A stretch of 64,000 nucleotides of DNA from contig OZ244065.1 of assembly GCA_965215505.1 (NCBI GenBank), positions 6,080,001 through 6,144,000 of the forward strand. Reading direction: 5' to 3'. Below, one piece after another: positions 46,352 to 55,263 of this stretch. The notes under the pieces were generated by a model. That model had not been told where the DNA came from. It searched no databases and saw only the letters and a list, made by a program, of their open reading frames with translations. Numbering within the stretch: the stretch's first letter is position 1; the number at the start of each line of letters is the position of its first letter. A program made the position numbers and the translations under genes. Origin of the DNA: Capsulimonadaceae bacterium (lineage in GTDB: Bacteria; Armatimonadota; Armatimonadia; Armatimonadales; Capsulimonadaceae).

Positions 46352-49300
46352 ATGAGACGCTCTTCACTTCAACTCATGCGCGCGGCCCTGCTGCTCGCCT
46401 GTCTCGCCGTCCTGGCAGGCTCAGTCAGGAGCGAGGCTCGGCCCGGCCCCCTCGTCCCCCGCGCGGCTGCCCCGCCGGTGCCCACGGTGACTATCCTCCA
46501 CAGCTTCGACTACGCTTCCGGGAGCTATGCGCCCCAGTACGGAGTGATCCAGGGGCCGGACGGCAGTTTGTACGGCGTCACGGCGTACACGGCGTCCAAC
46601 CCCGGCACCGTCTTCCAGATCACCCCGGACGGCACGTTCCACATCCTGCACCAGTTCAGCACCAGCAACCACAACGACGGCTACAACGACGGCTACTATC
46701 CCTCCGCCAGACTGCTTCTCGTGGGCAATCAACTGTTCGGCACCTGCTCTACCGGCGGCACGGGCTATGTGGTGAACGGTGACGCAGGCACGGTGTTCGT
46801 CATTGACCTCGCCAGAGTCAGCGCCACGAACAACGCCGCCGGCTTCGGCGTCATCCACAACTTCGGCGGCGATGCGGGCCAGCCCGACGGCAGCAAACCG
46901 TTGGGCGGCCTGTCGCTGGCGTCCGACGGCGCTCTGTACGGCACGACCGGCGGTTACAACGCCGCGTACCCTGTGGGCAGCATTTTCCAGATCAGGCCGG
47001 ACAACGGCGGGCACTTCAGCGTCATCCCGCGCACGACCCCCTCCGGCACGGATACGTTCACCGGGAGCTTCACGACGATCTACGGCTTTGGCGCTGATGG
47101 TGCCAGCCGGAGCCCCTATTCCGGGGTGGTTCAGGGGCCTGGCGGCTTCCTGTATGGTGCCACCCGAGGCACTGGAGGGGGGGGCGGCCCGACGATCTGG
47201 GGCACCCTCTACAAAGTCGGCATTGACGGCCAGGGGTTCACCGTTCTGCACACGTTCCCCCACGACTACACGGCTGCCGTCGCCGGCCCGGATGGGGGGG
47301 AACCCCAGAGCATTCCGCTCTTCGCGTCCGATGGCAGCCTGTACGCCACCGCCCCTTATGGCGGTCACGTTGACGCCGGGACGGTTTTCCAGATCAAACC
47401 GGGTGCGGACGGTGTCTTCGGCGCGAACGCGCCGTTCCAGTTGCTGCACGATTTCAGCCAAGTCCCTGACGGCTATCGTCCGGTTGACGGGCTGATCCAG
47501 GTCTCGGACGGAAGCCTGTTCGGGGCTACAATCAGTGGCGGAATCAGCGATTCCAGCGTGGGCACCATCTTCAATATCGCCGCGTCCGGCGGCCAGTTCA
47601 GCGTCACCAGCCCGTTCTCCACGCTCTACTCCTTCACCTCCCAGAGCAGCGGCCCGAACCAAATCTCCGGTCCACTCGTCCAGGGCAGCGACGGGCGGCT
47701 TTACGGCGAGACGACCACCGGCGGCCCCGGCAACGCGGGGACGGTGTTCGCCCTGGATGCGGGCCTGCCCGCCCCGCCCGCCGTCACCGGTGTCGCCGGC
47801 AGCCTCGCGCCGCCCGATGTCACCACCGGGGACACCGCCCTGGTCGTCCACGGTACGGGCTTTGCCGCCGGGGACACAGTCACGATTGACGGCGTGAACG
47901 CCCCCGTCGCCGGCCGCGACTACAGCCAGGCGGATGAGCTGATCACCGTCGCCCTGCCCAGCCCGCTGCGGGCGGGCGCGCACACGGTCGTGATCGCCGA
48001 CACCGCGCCGGGAGTCCGCGTGTCCAACCCCGTCGCCTTCCTGGTCACGCTGCTCTCCCCCCGGATCACCCAGATCACGCGGGGCGGCGGCGGGTCCGTC
48101 ACCGACGCCGACACCACGCTGGTCATCCACGGCGACAGCTTCGCGCCCGGCGACATCGTCAGCGTCGGCACTCCGGGCGGCGCGGCCCTCGCCCATGTGT
48201 CACTGGACAGCGGCTCCCAGTTCACCGTCACGCTGTCCTTGCCGCTGCCGGCGGGGCACCATGATGTCACCGTCACCCACGCCGCACCGGATGGCCGCGC
48301 GTCCAACACCTATGACCTGGAGGTCCTGGCCGTCTCCCCGGTCATCAGCGCCGTCACCGGCGGCAGTCCCCCGGCCGTCACCACCGCCGACACGACCCTG
48401 ATCGTCCACGGCACGAACTTCGCCGCCACGGACGCGGTCGTCATCACCGGCACGACCGCCTCGGTGACGGTCGCCGGGCGCGACCTGACCAACCCCGCCG
48501 ACGAGCAGATCACGGTCACGCTGTCCCAGCCCCTCACGGCGGGCGGCCACACCGCGCGGGTCCCCCACGGCACGCCGGACACCTCCACGGCCTTCCCGTT
48601 CACCGTGGTCGCGGCTCCCGCGCCCAAGCTCACTTCGACGACTTACAGGGTCGTGAGCGGGCAGGGGGTGCTGACCGTCTCCGGCACCAGCTTCGTTCGC
48701 ACCGGGACCACCGACATCACGCCGAACGACCCGAAGGTGAAGCTCGGCGGCACCCTGACCGTCAGCGGCGTCAGCCCCACGCAGCTCACGGCCACATTCT
48801 CCGAACCCCTGCCGGCGGGCGTCTACACCCTCACCCAAACCAACCCGGACGGACGGGCGGCCCAGATCCAGGTGTACGTCCTCGCCGTCACCAGCGCGGC
48901 CTACGACCCGAGCGCCCTGACGGTGACGATCCTGGGCGCGGGCTTCTCCCCCGGTGCCGCCGTCACCATCGGGGACGTCTCCAACGGCCTCGTCATCCTG
49001 CCGCTCCAGATCACCGGGGCCGACCAGATCGTGGTCAGCCTGTTCAACCCGCTGCCGTCCGGCCCCCGTACCTTCACCGTCACCAACCCGGACGGACAGG
49101 CGGACGGCACGACGCTCACGGTCCTCGCCCCGGTGACGGGGCTGGAGCTGACGGTCAACAACTCCGTGCCGGTCAGCGGGGTCATCCTGACGCCGGGGGG
49201 TGCCGGGTTCAGCGGGACGGCGAACCTCATGCAGATAAACCCCGACCCGAACTCGCTGGCCGCCCGGAGTCAGCCCCCCGGCCCCCGACCCGCCGGGAGA

Positions 49301-50614
49301 GTGCTCCGGACGTCTGCGGCCACGAGTGACAGCCCGATCATCGACCATGTCAAGGTCCAGACGGGGCTGGGACAGGGCGACGTGCCCGCCAGCACGTTCG
49401 TGCGGATCGAGGGCAGCAACTTCGACGACTCGAACGCCGACTACGGCAAGACGACCGTGACGGTTGACGGCGTGGCCTACACCGGCAACGGCGTCGTCGT
49501 GCATGATGCAAACACCATCACGCTCTTCATCGGCGTGATCACCGACAACAACACGCATTCCCTGTCCGTGACCGGCCCCAACGACAGATCATCCCAGACG
49601 GTCGCCTTCGGCGTCGTGGACGGCTACTTCAGTCAGGGCCGGTTCGTCGCCCGTCCCACCACGTCCTACCAGATCAGCATCCAGGGGGCCGGCCTACTAG
49701 GGTCGGGCACCTCACTCGGGGCCACTGCCCAGTCGCCGCTCGGGAGTTCCTTCCAGAAGGCCGCCATCGGCAGCATCGTCAGCCACGATGGCGGCAGCAT
49801 CGTCAGCCACGATGGCGGCTCCATCGTCGCGCAAGGCGGCGGCAACATCGTCGCGGCGGGCGGCGGGAACCTGGTCAGCAATTCCAGCGGCACACTGGTC
49901 AGCAACTCGAGCGGCACCATCGTCGCACAGGGTGGGGGGAACCTGATTGGGGAGGACGGCAGCAGCCTGGTCAGCAACTCCAGCGGCACCCTGATCACGG
50001 ACAACGGCAGCGCCCTGGTCAGCAACTCCAGCGGTACGCTCGTCGCAGGCGACAACGTCCTGACTGGAGCCGAGGCAGGCTCCTCCCCGCCTCCCGCCTT
50101 CCACGCCTTCGCGTCGCCGGGGACGCCCACCCCGGCCCCCACCTCGAACGGTTTCATGGACGTGACGCTGTTCCTTTCCAGAGCCGGGCAGGACATGCGC
50201 CTGCTGGTCACCCGCTACACGCCCGGCGAACGTGACCTGATCCTCTACAAAGACCCCGGCGTGACGGTGACGCCGAGCGCCGGGACGCCCGCGCCCGTCG
50301 CCGCCGTCATGGCCGGGGTGACCGTGACGCGCGGGCCGGTGACGCGCGACTCCCACACGCACCAGCCCTTCCAGGTGCTGACACTCACCAACACCGGGGC
50401 GGGCGTCCTGTCCGGGCCGTTCCTCCTCGGCATCACCGGCCTGCCCGCCGGCGTCACCGTCGCCGCCCCGTCCGGCGTCATGGCGGGCAGCCCCGCCGTC
50501 GCCGCCCCAGGGAATGCCCTGGCCCCCGGCGCGTCCGTCCAGTTCCGCGTGGACTTCACCGACCCGACCAACGCGCGCTTTGGCTACGGCACCGCCGTCT
50601 ACGCCGGCCTGTGA
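46352..50614 (+). CDS. 1420-aa secreted surface protein: tandem-repeat beta-propeller (GloVer/TIGR03803-like), IPT/TIG Ig-like domains, octapeptide repeats and a C-terminal beta-sandwich
   Basis: Signal peptide; repeated LxQGxDGxLYGTT...GTVFxI...FxxLHxF; repeated PxIT...LVIHGxxF...VTVT units. Confidence 0.85.
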   Translation: MRRSSLQLMRAALLLACLAVLAGSVRSEARPGPLVPRAAAPPVPTVTILHSFDYASGSYAPQYGVIQGPDGSLYGVTAYTASNPGTVFQITPDGTFHILHQFSTSNHNDGYNDGYYPSARLLLVGNQLFGTCSTGGTGYVVNGDAGTVFVIDLARVSATNNAAGFGVIHNFGGDAGQPDGSKPLGGLSLASDGALYGTTGGYNAAYPVGSIFQIRPDNGGHFSVIPRTTPSGTDTFTGSFTTIYGFGADGASRSPYSGVVQGPGGFLYGATRGTGGGGGPTIWGTLYKVGIDGQGFTVLHTFPHDYTAAVAGPDGGEPQSIPLFASDGSLYATAPYGGHVDAGTVFQIKPGADGVFGANAPFQLLHDFSQVPDGYRPVDGLIQVSDGSLFGATISGGISDSSVGTIFNIAASGGQFSVTSPFSTLYSFTSQSSGPNQISGPLVQGSDGRLYGETTTGGPGNAGTVFALDAGLPAPPAVTGVAGSLAPPDVTTGDTALVVHGTGFAAGDTVTIDGVNAPVAGRDYSQADELITVALPSPLRAGAHTVVIADTAPGVRVSNPVAFLVTLLSPRITQITRGGGGSVTDADTTLVIHGDSFAPGDIVSVGTPGGAALAHVSLDSGSQFTVTLSLPLPAGHHDVTVTHAAPDGRASNTYDLEVLAVSPVISAVTGGSPPAVTTADTTLIVHGTNFAATDAVVITGTTASVTVAGRDLTNPADEQITVTLSQPLTAGGHTARVPHGTPDTSTAFPFTVVAAPAPKLTSTTYRVVSGQGVLTVSGTSFVRTGTTDITPNDPKVKLGGTLTVSGVSPTQLTATFSEPLPAGVYTLTQTNPDGRAAQIQVYVLAVTSAAYDPSALTVTILGAGFSPGAAVTIGDVSNGLVILPLQITGADQIVVSLFNPLPSGPRTFTVTNPDGQADGTTLTVLAPVTGLELTVNNSVPVSGVILTPGGAGFSGTANLMQINPDPNSLAARSQPPGPRPAGRVLRTSAATSDSPIIDHVKVQTGLGQGDVPASTFVRIEGSNFDDSNADYGKTTVTVDGVAYTGNGVVVHDANTITLFIGVITDNNTHSLSVTGPNDRSSQTVAFGVVDGYFSQGRFVARPTTSYQISIQGAGLLGSGTSLGATAQSPLGSSFQKAAIGSIVSHDGGSIVSHDGGSIVAQGGGNIVAAGGGNLVSNSSGTLVSNSSGTIVAQGGGNLIGEDGSSLVSNSSGTLITDNGSALVSNSSGTLVAGDNVLTGAEAGSSPPPAFHAFASPGTPTPAPTSNGFMDVTLFLSRAGQDMRLLVTRYTPGERDLILYKDPGVTVTPSAGTPAPVAAVMAGVTVTRGPVTRDSHTHQPFQVLTLTNTGAGVLSGPFLLGITGLPAGVTVAAPSGVMAGSPAVAAPGNALAPGASVQFRVDFTDPTNARFGYGTAVYAGL
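49775..50038 (+). repeat. 11 in-frame octapeptide repeats (24-bp units)
   Basis: IVSHDGGS x2, IVAQGGGN, IVAAGGGN, LVSNSSGT x2, IVAQGGGN, LIGEDGSS, LVSNSSGT, LITDNGSA, LVSNSSGT. Confidence 0.92.
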
Positions 50615-50666
50615 TCGACACCTCTGACGGACCGCCACGGGCCGCACAGGCAGAAAAGAGACGACC

Positions 50667-51314
50667 ATGAAAGCAAAAACGATGTCCCCGCGACGGGCAC
50701 TCCCCATCGCGGGTGTCCTGACACTGCTCTGCCTGGAGACGGCCGCCCAGGCGCAGCTCTCCCAGCACTTCACCTTCGACACGTCCGCCGTCAGCGGCCA
50801 GTCCGGCTTCCTGGACTTCCAGTTCGCCCCGGACACGGACGGCACCACGCCGCTGGACAGCAGCGTCAGCATCAGCGGCCTCACCGGGGGGGCGCTCGGC
50901 GCGGTCAACAGCGGCGGCAGCGTCAACGTCACCGGCGCCCTGCCCGGCAGCGCCGCCGTCAGCAATGCCGGGGCCGGCGGCGAGCTGATGCAGGCATTCA
51001 CCTTCGGGAAGAGCCTCAGCTTCGACACCGCCCTCCCGGCCCCCGCGCCGGGCGGGGCGGCGGACGAGGGCAGCACGTTCCAGTTCTTCCTGCTGGACGG
51101 GGGCGCAGACGCCTTCGCGACCACGGACCCCAGCGGCGGCGATGTGCTGGCAGTGATGGCGCAGGCGGCGAGCGGGGCCGTGTCTCCGGCGCAAACCTAT
51201 GCGCTGGTGCCGTCCTCGCCGGTGCCGGAGGCATCCACGACCGTCAGCCTCGGCCTGCTCCTGGCCCTGGGCTGCGGAAGCCTGATCGCCCGCAAGAGGC
51301 GCAAAGGCGTCTGA
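50667..51314 (+). CDS. PEP-CTERM exosortase substrate (NF038129-like)
   Basis: Signal peptide; FDTSAVSGQSGFLDFQF...QAFTFGKSLSF...GSTFQFFL; C-terminal PVPEAST, TM and RKRRK. Confidence 0.85.
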   Translation: MKAKTMSPRRALPIAGVLTLLCLETAAQAQLSQHFTFDTSAVSGQSGFLDFQFAPDTDGTTPLDSSVSISGLTGGALGAVNSGGSVNVTGALPGSAAVSNAGAGGELMQAFTFGKSLSFDTALPAPAPGGAADEGSTFQFFLLDGGADAFATTDPSGGDVLAVMAQAASGAVSPAQTYALVPSSPVPEASTTVSLGLLLALGCGSLIARKRRKGV

Positions 51315-51334
51315 CGTTCCCCCATGCTCGACGC

Positions 51335-51370
51335 AAAACGGCCCGCCCTCGGTCACGAGGGCGGGCCTTT
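51335..51370. terminator. Bidirectional terminator
   Basis: GGCCCGCCCTCG-GTCA-CGAGGGCGGGCC between convergent genes. Confidence 0.8.
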
Positions 51371-51386
51371 GCTTCGCGCCAGTTCG

Positions 51387-52943
51387 CTAGGATGCCACAG
51401 CGGCGCAGTAACCCTCCAGGGCTGCCACCAGCCCCTCCGTCGTGTGTTCCGATGCCACCACTTCCGGCTCCCGGCCCAGCATCTCGCGCGCCGTCTTCGC
51501 CGTACTCGGCCCGATGCAGGCGACGACGATGCCTGGGGGCAGGGCCGTGCCGTCGAGGGCGGCCACGAAGTTCTTCACCGTGGAGGACGACGTGAACGTC
51601 ACGGCGTCGATCGTCCCGGCCCGGAGCCGCCCGCGCACCTCGTCGGCCCCCGCGCCGTCCAGGACGTTCTCATAGGCGACCGCCGCGTCCACCGCCGCCC
51701 CGCGCGCCGTCAGCGCCTCGACCAGACCCTCGTCGCCCTCTTTGGCGCGCGGGACCAGGATGTTGTTTCCGCCCACGTCCCCCGGCAGTTCCGCGCCCAG
51801 GCCCGCCCCGGTCGTCGCCTGCGGCTGGAAGTCCGCGACCAGTCCGCGCGCCGCCAGGGCCTCCGCCGTCGCCGGCCCGACGGCGGCGATCCGCGCCGTC
51901 GCCAGCGCCCGCCCGTCCTTGCCGCCCCGCCCCAGCCGGTCGCAGAAGGCGTGGACGGCGGGCGCGGAGGCGAAGCACACCCAGTCATAGGTCCCCGCCC
52001 GCACCACGGCGGCATCCAGGGCCGCGTAGCCGTCGGTCGGCGGGACCAGACGGATCAGCGGGAACTCGACCGGTTCGGCCCCGCGCACCCGCAGCTTCTC
52101 CGCAAACCCCGATGCCTGCTCGCGCGCCCGCGTCACTACCACTCGTTTCCCGGCCAGCGGCCCGAGGTCGAACCAGCGCAGCCGCTCCCGCAGCCGGACC
52201 ACCTCGCCAACCACCATCACGGCGGGCGCTTTGAAGCCAGCCGCCCGCACCTGCTCGACGACGGTTCCCAATGTCCCGACCAGCGTCTCCTGCTGGCCCG
52301 CCCAGGTCCCCCATCGCACCAGGGCGACCGGCGTTTCCGGGCTGCGCCCGTTGGCCTGGAGCTGGCTTGCGATCTCTTCCAGGTTCTCCACTCCCATCAG
52401 GAACAGCAAAGTGTCGGCGGCGTGGGCGATCTTGTCCCACCGCCGCCGCCCCTCCGCCTGACCCGCCGTTCGGGTTCCCGACTCGCGCGCGTCGTCCCGC
52501 TCGTGGCCGGTGATGACCGCGAACGACGAGGCCGCGTCCCGATGCGTCACGGGAATGCCCGCGTAGGCGGGCGCGGCGATGGCGCTGGTGACGCCCGGAA
52601 TGACGACGAACGGCACACCGCGCTCGCGCAGATACTCCGCCTCCTCGCCGCCGCGCCCGAAGACGAACGGGTCGCCGCCCTTCAGCCGCGCCACCGCCTT
52701 GCCTTCCTTCGCTCGGTCCGCCAGCAGGGCATTGATGTCCTCCTGCTTCATGGCGTGCCGGTCGGCCTGCTTGCCCACATACACCCGCTCCGCGTCCGCC
52801 CGCGCCCAGTCCAGCAGGCTCGGGTGCGCCAGCCGGTCATACACGACCACGTCCGCCAGCTTAAGAGCCTCCGCACCGCCCACCGTGATGAGTTTCGGGT
52901 CGCCCGGCCCCGCGCCGATCAGATACACTGTTCCTGGTGTCAT
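51387..52943 (-). CDS. cobA: Uroporphyrinogen-III C-methyltransferase / uroporphyrinogen-III synthase fusion (CobA-HemD)
   Basis: VYLIGAGPGDP, RLKGGDPFVFGRGGEE, GIPVTHR; HemD part VVVTRAREQ, AVGPATA, TFTSSSTV. Confidence 0.95.
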   Translation of the reverse strand: MTPGTVYLIGAGPGDPKLITVGGAEALKLADVVVYDRLAHPSLLDWARADAERVYVGKQADRHAMKQEDINALLADRAKEGKAVARLKGGDPFVFGRGGEEAEYLRERGVPFVVIPGVTSAIAAPAYAGIPVTHRDAASSFAVITGHERDDARESGTRTAGQAEGRRRWDKIAHAADTLLFLMGVENLEEIASQLQANGRSPETPVALVRWGTWAGQQETLVGTLGTVVEQVRAAGFKAPAVMVVGEVVRLRERLRWFDLGPLAGKRVVVTRAREQASGFAEKLRVRGAEPVEFPLIRLVPPTDGYAALDAAVVRAGTYDWVCFASAPAVHAFCDRLGRGGKDGRALATARIAAVGPATAEALAARGLVADFQPQATTGAGLGAELPGDVGGNNILVPRAKEGDEGLVEALTARGAAVDAAVAYENVLDGAGADEVRGRLRAGTIDAVTFTSSSTVKNFVAALDGTALPPGIVVACIGPSTAKTAREMLGREPEVVASEHTTEGLVAALEGYCAAVAS

Positions 52944-53203
52944 ACCTCTGCCATCGCCGCCTCGGGAGCCTCCGCCGCGGCCTCTTTCCATTCTTCAAAC
53001 TGTATCCCGTGGTCCCCCGCGTAGGGCCGCCGGTGGTCGTTTTCTCCCAGCCAGATCGGGAGCGGGATGCCGCCGGGGAAGGCGGCGCAGCGCCGCGCGC
53101 CGCCCTCGTCCAAATGCGCGCAGTAGCTACAAATCGTGCTATAGATCGGGAATTCTTCAAAGCCTCGATCTATAAAAACGACTTCCTGTTCTTTCATCGC
53201 CAT
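52940..53203 (-). CDS. Small Cys/His-rich protein (putative immunity or partner protein)
   Basis: CSYCAH...CAAFPGGIP..IW...DHRRPYAGDHGIQFE; GGAGG SD; ATGA overlap with cobA-hemD. Confidence 0.8.
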   Translation of the reverse strand: MAMKEQEVVFIDRGFEEFPIYSTICSYCAHLDEGGARRCAAFPGGIPLPIWLGENDHRRPYAGDHGIQFEEWKEAAAEAPEAAMAEV

Positions 53204-53205
53204 TT

Positions 53206-53766
53206 TTATCCCTCCTGCTCTCTGCCGTATGTCAAGCCCCATTCGGCGGCAACGCGCGTCCAGATTTCGTGGGCGGTTTGTGTGCCCGCTTCTTCTTGCG
53301 TCACCCGCTTCCGAGCGAGGAGAAGGCGAAAGTGGCGGCGGACATCGGCTTCGTGGTGCGTATGGCTTGGCTCCAGGAGCGCATCCCAGTAGCCCAGGCT
53401 CCAGCCTTGGGCCGATGGGCGCATGAAGTAGCGGTGCCTCGGCGTGACCACGCGCATCTCCGCGAGTTCCGCCTGACAGGCGAACCTTATATCCGTGTCG
53501 GAGAAGGAGCTACCGCTACGAAGCGGACTGCTCTCCGGATATCCCCAGCCGCGCGGGTGGTTGTGCGTGAAGATGACGCCCTGACCCGCACGCAGACGCT
53601 CTATCTCCTCAAGAGTGAAGCCGACGTGGAACTGCTCACCCGTCTTGTCCATAAGCACGTTCCCAGCCTCGTCCACGGCGAACGCCGACTCGAAGCGGTT
53701 AAACTTGATCTGCTCTTCCTTCGCCCGAACACGTTCGATCGGTGACAATCCTGGCCCCTCATGCAT
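53206..53766 (-). CDS. Stand-alone JAB/MPN-like metalloenzyme (resembles MuF-type toxin domains)
   Basis: ESAFAVDEAG...FTHNHP...SSFSDTD (E...HxH...S..D). TATAAT upstream at 53780-53785. Confidence 0.72.
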   Translation of the reverse strand: MHEGPGLSPIERVRAKEEQIKFNRFESAFAVDEAGNVLMDKTGEQFHVGFTLEEIERLRAGQGVIFTHNHPRGWGYPESSPLRSGSSFSDTDIRFACQAELAEMRVVTPRHRYFMRPSAQGWSLGYWDALLEPSHTHHEADVRRHFRLLLARKRVTQEEAGTQTAHEIWTRVAAEWGLTYGREQEG

Positions 53767-53778
53767 CCTGCCTTGCCC

Positions 53779-53826
53779 CATTATACCCCTGCGCCCCCAC
53801 GCCCGCGAACGCGGCGGGGTATAATG
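53779..53826. promoter_or_regulatory. Symmetric divergent promoter with two back-to-back TATAAT boxes
   Basis: CATTATACCCC (53779-53789) and GGGGTATAATG (53816-53826) form a perfect 11-bp inverted repeat. Confidence 0.6.
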
Positions 53827-53832
53827 ACTCCC

Positions 53833-55089
53833 ATGCAAGAAAGCGAAGTGCAAAAGATCGAAGTCGTGGACAAGGCGTTCGACGGGGAGACCCTGGTTTC
53901 GGCTACTCTCAGCGAGGCGCGGAGCCGCGAGCCGGACGGCGTCCGCAAGGTGACGGTCCGGCCAGTCGTCCTCCGCAAGAAGCATCTGTACCAGTTCGAG
54001 TACCAGTACGCGCAGAAAGTGCAGCACCGGAACCTGGAGCGGCCCGAGGCCAGGGCGCTCGCACAGACCCTGCTGGCCGAGACGTTCCGCCAGGGCTACT
54101 TTTATACGACGGCGGGTGAATCCCAGGTCTCGGTCAGCCGGTCGGGGAAAGTGACCGTCCACGCGCGTGGCTCCTCCCAGGCCGTGCCCGCCCCCGGAAC
54201 CCCGCCAAGCCACGACCGCCAGAAGAACTACCTGCTGGCCGAAGGCGAGCCGATCCCGTTCCTGGTCCGGCTGGGCGTGATGGCGGCGGACGGCAAAGTC
54301 ATCGCCGCCAAGCGGGACAAGTTCAAGCAGATCAATCGCTTTCTGGAGATGGTGGAGGATGTGGCAGGCAGCCTGCCCGCCAGCGGCCCGCTGCACGTCA
54401 TAGACTTCGGCTGCGGCAAGGCGTACCTGACGTTTGCCCTGTACCATTACCTGACGGCGATTAAAGGGCGGGAAGTGCGCCTGGTCGGCCTGGATTTGAA
54501 GCAGGATGTGGTCGCCTTCTGCGCCGAAGTCGCGCGTGACCTGGGCTGCGAGGGCCTGACCTTCGCCGTCGGGGAGATCGGCGGCTACGCGCCGGACGGG
54601 GAGGGGTCGGTGGACATGGTCGTGGCGCTGCACGCCTGCGACACCGCCACCGACGACGCCCTGGTCAAAGCCGTGGCCTGGGACGCCCGCGTCATCCTGT
54701 CCGTGCCGTGCTGCCAGCACGAGCTGTTCGGCCAGCTCGCCAGCGACGTGCTGAAACCGCTGCTCAAACACGGCATCCTGAAGGAGCGGCTGACCGCCCT
54801 GGTCACGGACAGCGTCCGCGCCAGCCTGCTGGAGAGGGCCGGGTATTCCGTTCAGGTCTTGGAGTTCATCGCCCTGGAACACACCGCCAAGAACCTGCTG
54901 ATCCGCGCCGTCCGTCGCGGCGGCAAGGCCGGCCCCAAGCCGCCCTCGGCGGAGTACGCCGCCTTCCGAGACTTCTGGCACATCCGGCCCTCGATGGAGG
55001 CCGGATTGGAGGCGCTGATGCAGAAGCAAGAGAGGGAGCATGATGCCCCCCAGCCCCCAATCCTGGGGGAGCAGGAGGCGGAAGGATAA
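53833..55089 (+). CDS. SAM-dependent methyltransferase (Methyltransf_32 family)
   Basis: HDRQKNYLL, KFKQINRFLE, IDFGCGKAYLTFALY, ALHACDTATD, VPCCQHE, HTAKNLLIRA. Confidence 0.9.
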   Translation: MQESEVQKIEVVDKAFDGETLVSATLSEARSREPDGVRKVTVRPVVLRKKHLYQFEYQYAQKVQHRNLERPEARALAQTLLAETFRQGYFYTTAGESQVSVSRSGKVTVHARGSSQAVPAPGTPPSHDRQKNYLLAEGEPIPFLVRLGVMAADGKVIAAKRDKFKQINRFLEMVEDVAGSLPASGPLHVIDFGCGKAYLTFALYHYLTAIKGREVRLVGLDLKQDVVAFCAEVARDLGCEGLTFAVGEIGGYAPDGEGSVDMVVALHACDTATDDALVKAVAWDARVILSVPCCQHELFGQLASDVLKPLLKHGILKERLTALVTDSVRASLLERAGYSVQVLEFIALEHTAKNLLIRAVRRGGKAGPKPPSAEYAAFRDFWHIRPSMEAGLEALMQKQEREHDAPQPPILGEQEAEG

Positions 55090-55097
55090 AGAGGGGA

Positions 55098-55154
55098 GGG
55101 TTGGGGGACCCAACCCCTACGGGTGCATGATGTAGGGGCGGGGTCCCCCCGCCC
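55098..55154. repeat. GTAG-type REP doublet, same family as 5353-5409
   Basis: GGGTTGGGGGACCCAACCCCTAC, an 11-nt spacer, then GTAGGGGCGGGGTCCCCCCGCCC. Confidence 0.85.
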
Positions 55155-55263
55155 TCCTGTTCTCTCCCTTTCTGTCCGTCATCTGACTCCCCTCTCCCGC
55201 TTGCGGCCCCTGCTCGCAGGGCCTCGGCAGCGCGGTGAAGGGAGGGGTGGGGGTGTCTGCTCG

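Noticed and set aside
53206-55113. 635-aa ORF suggesting a large protein with a C-terminal JAB toxin domain
   Set aside because: The N-terminal 449 codons are antisense to the methyltransferase gene. A -10 box and start near 53766 define a stand-alone gene.
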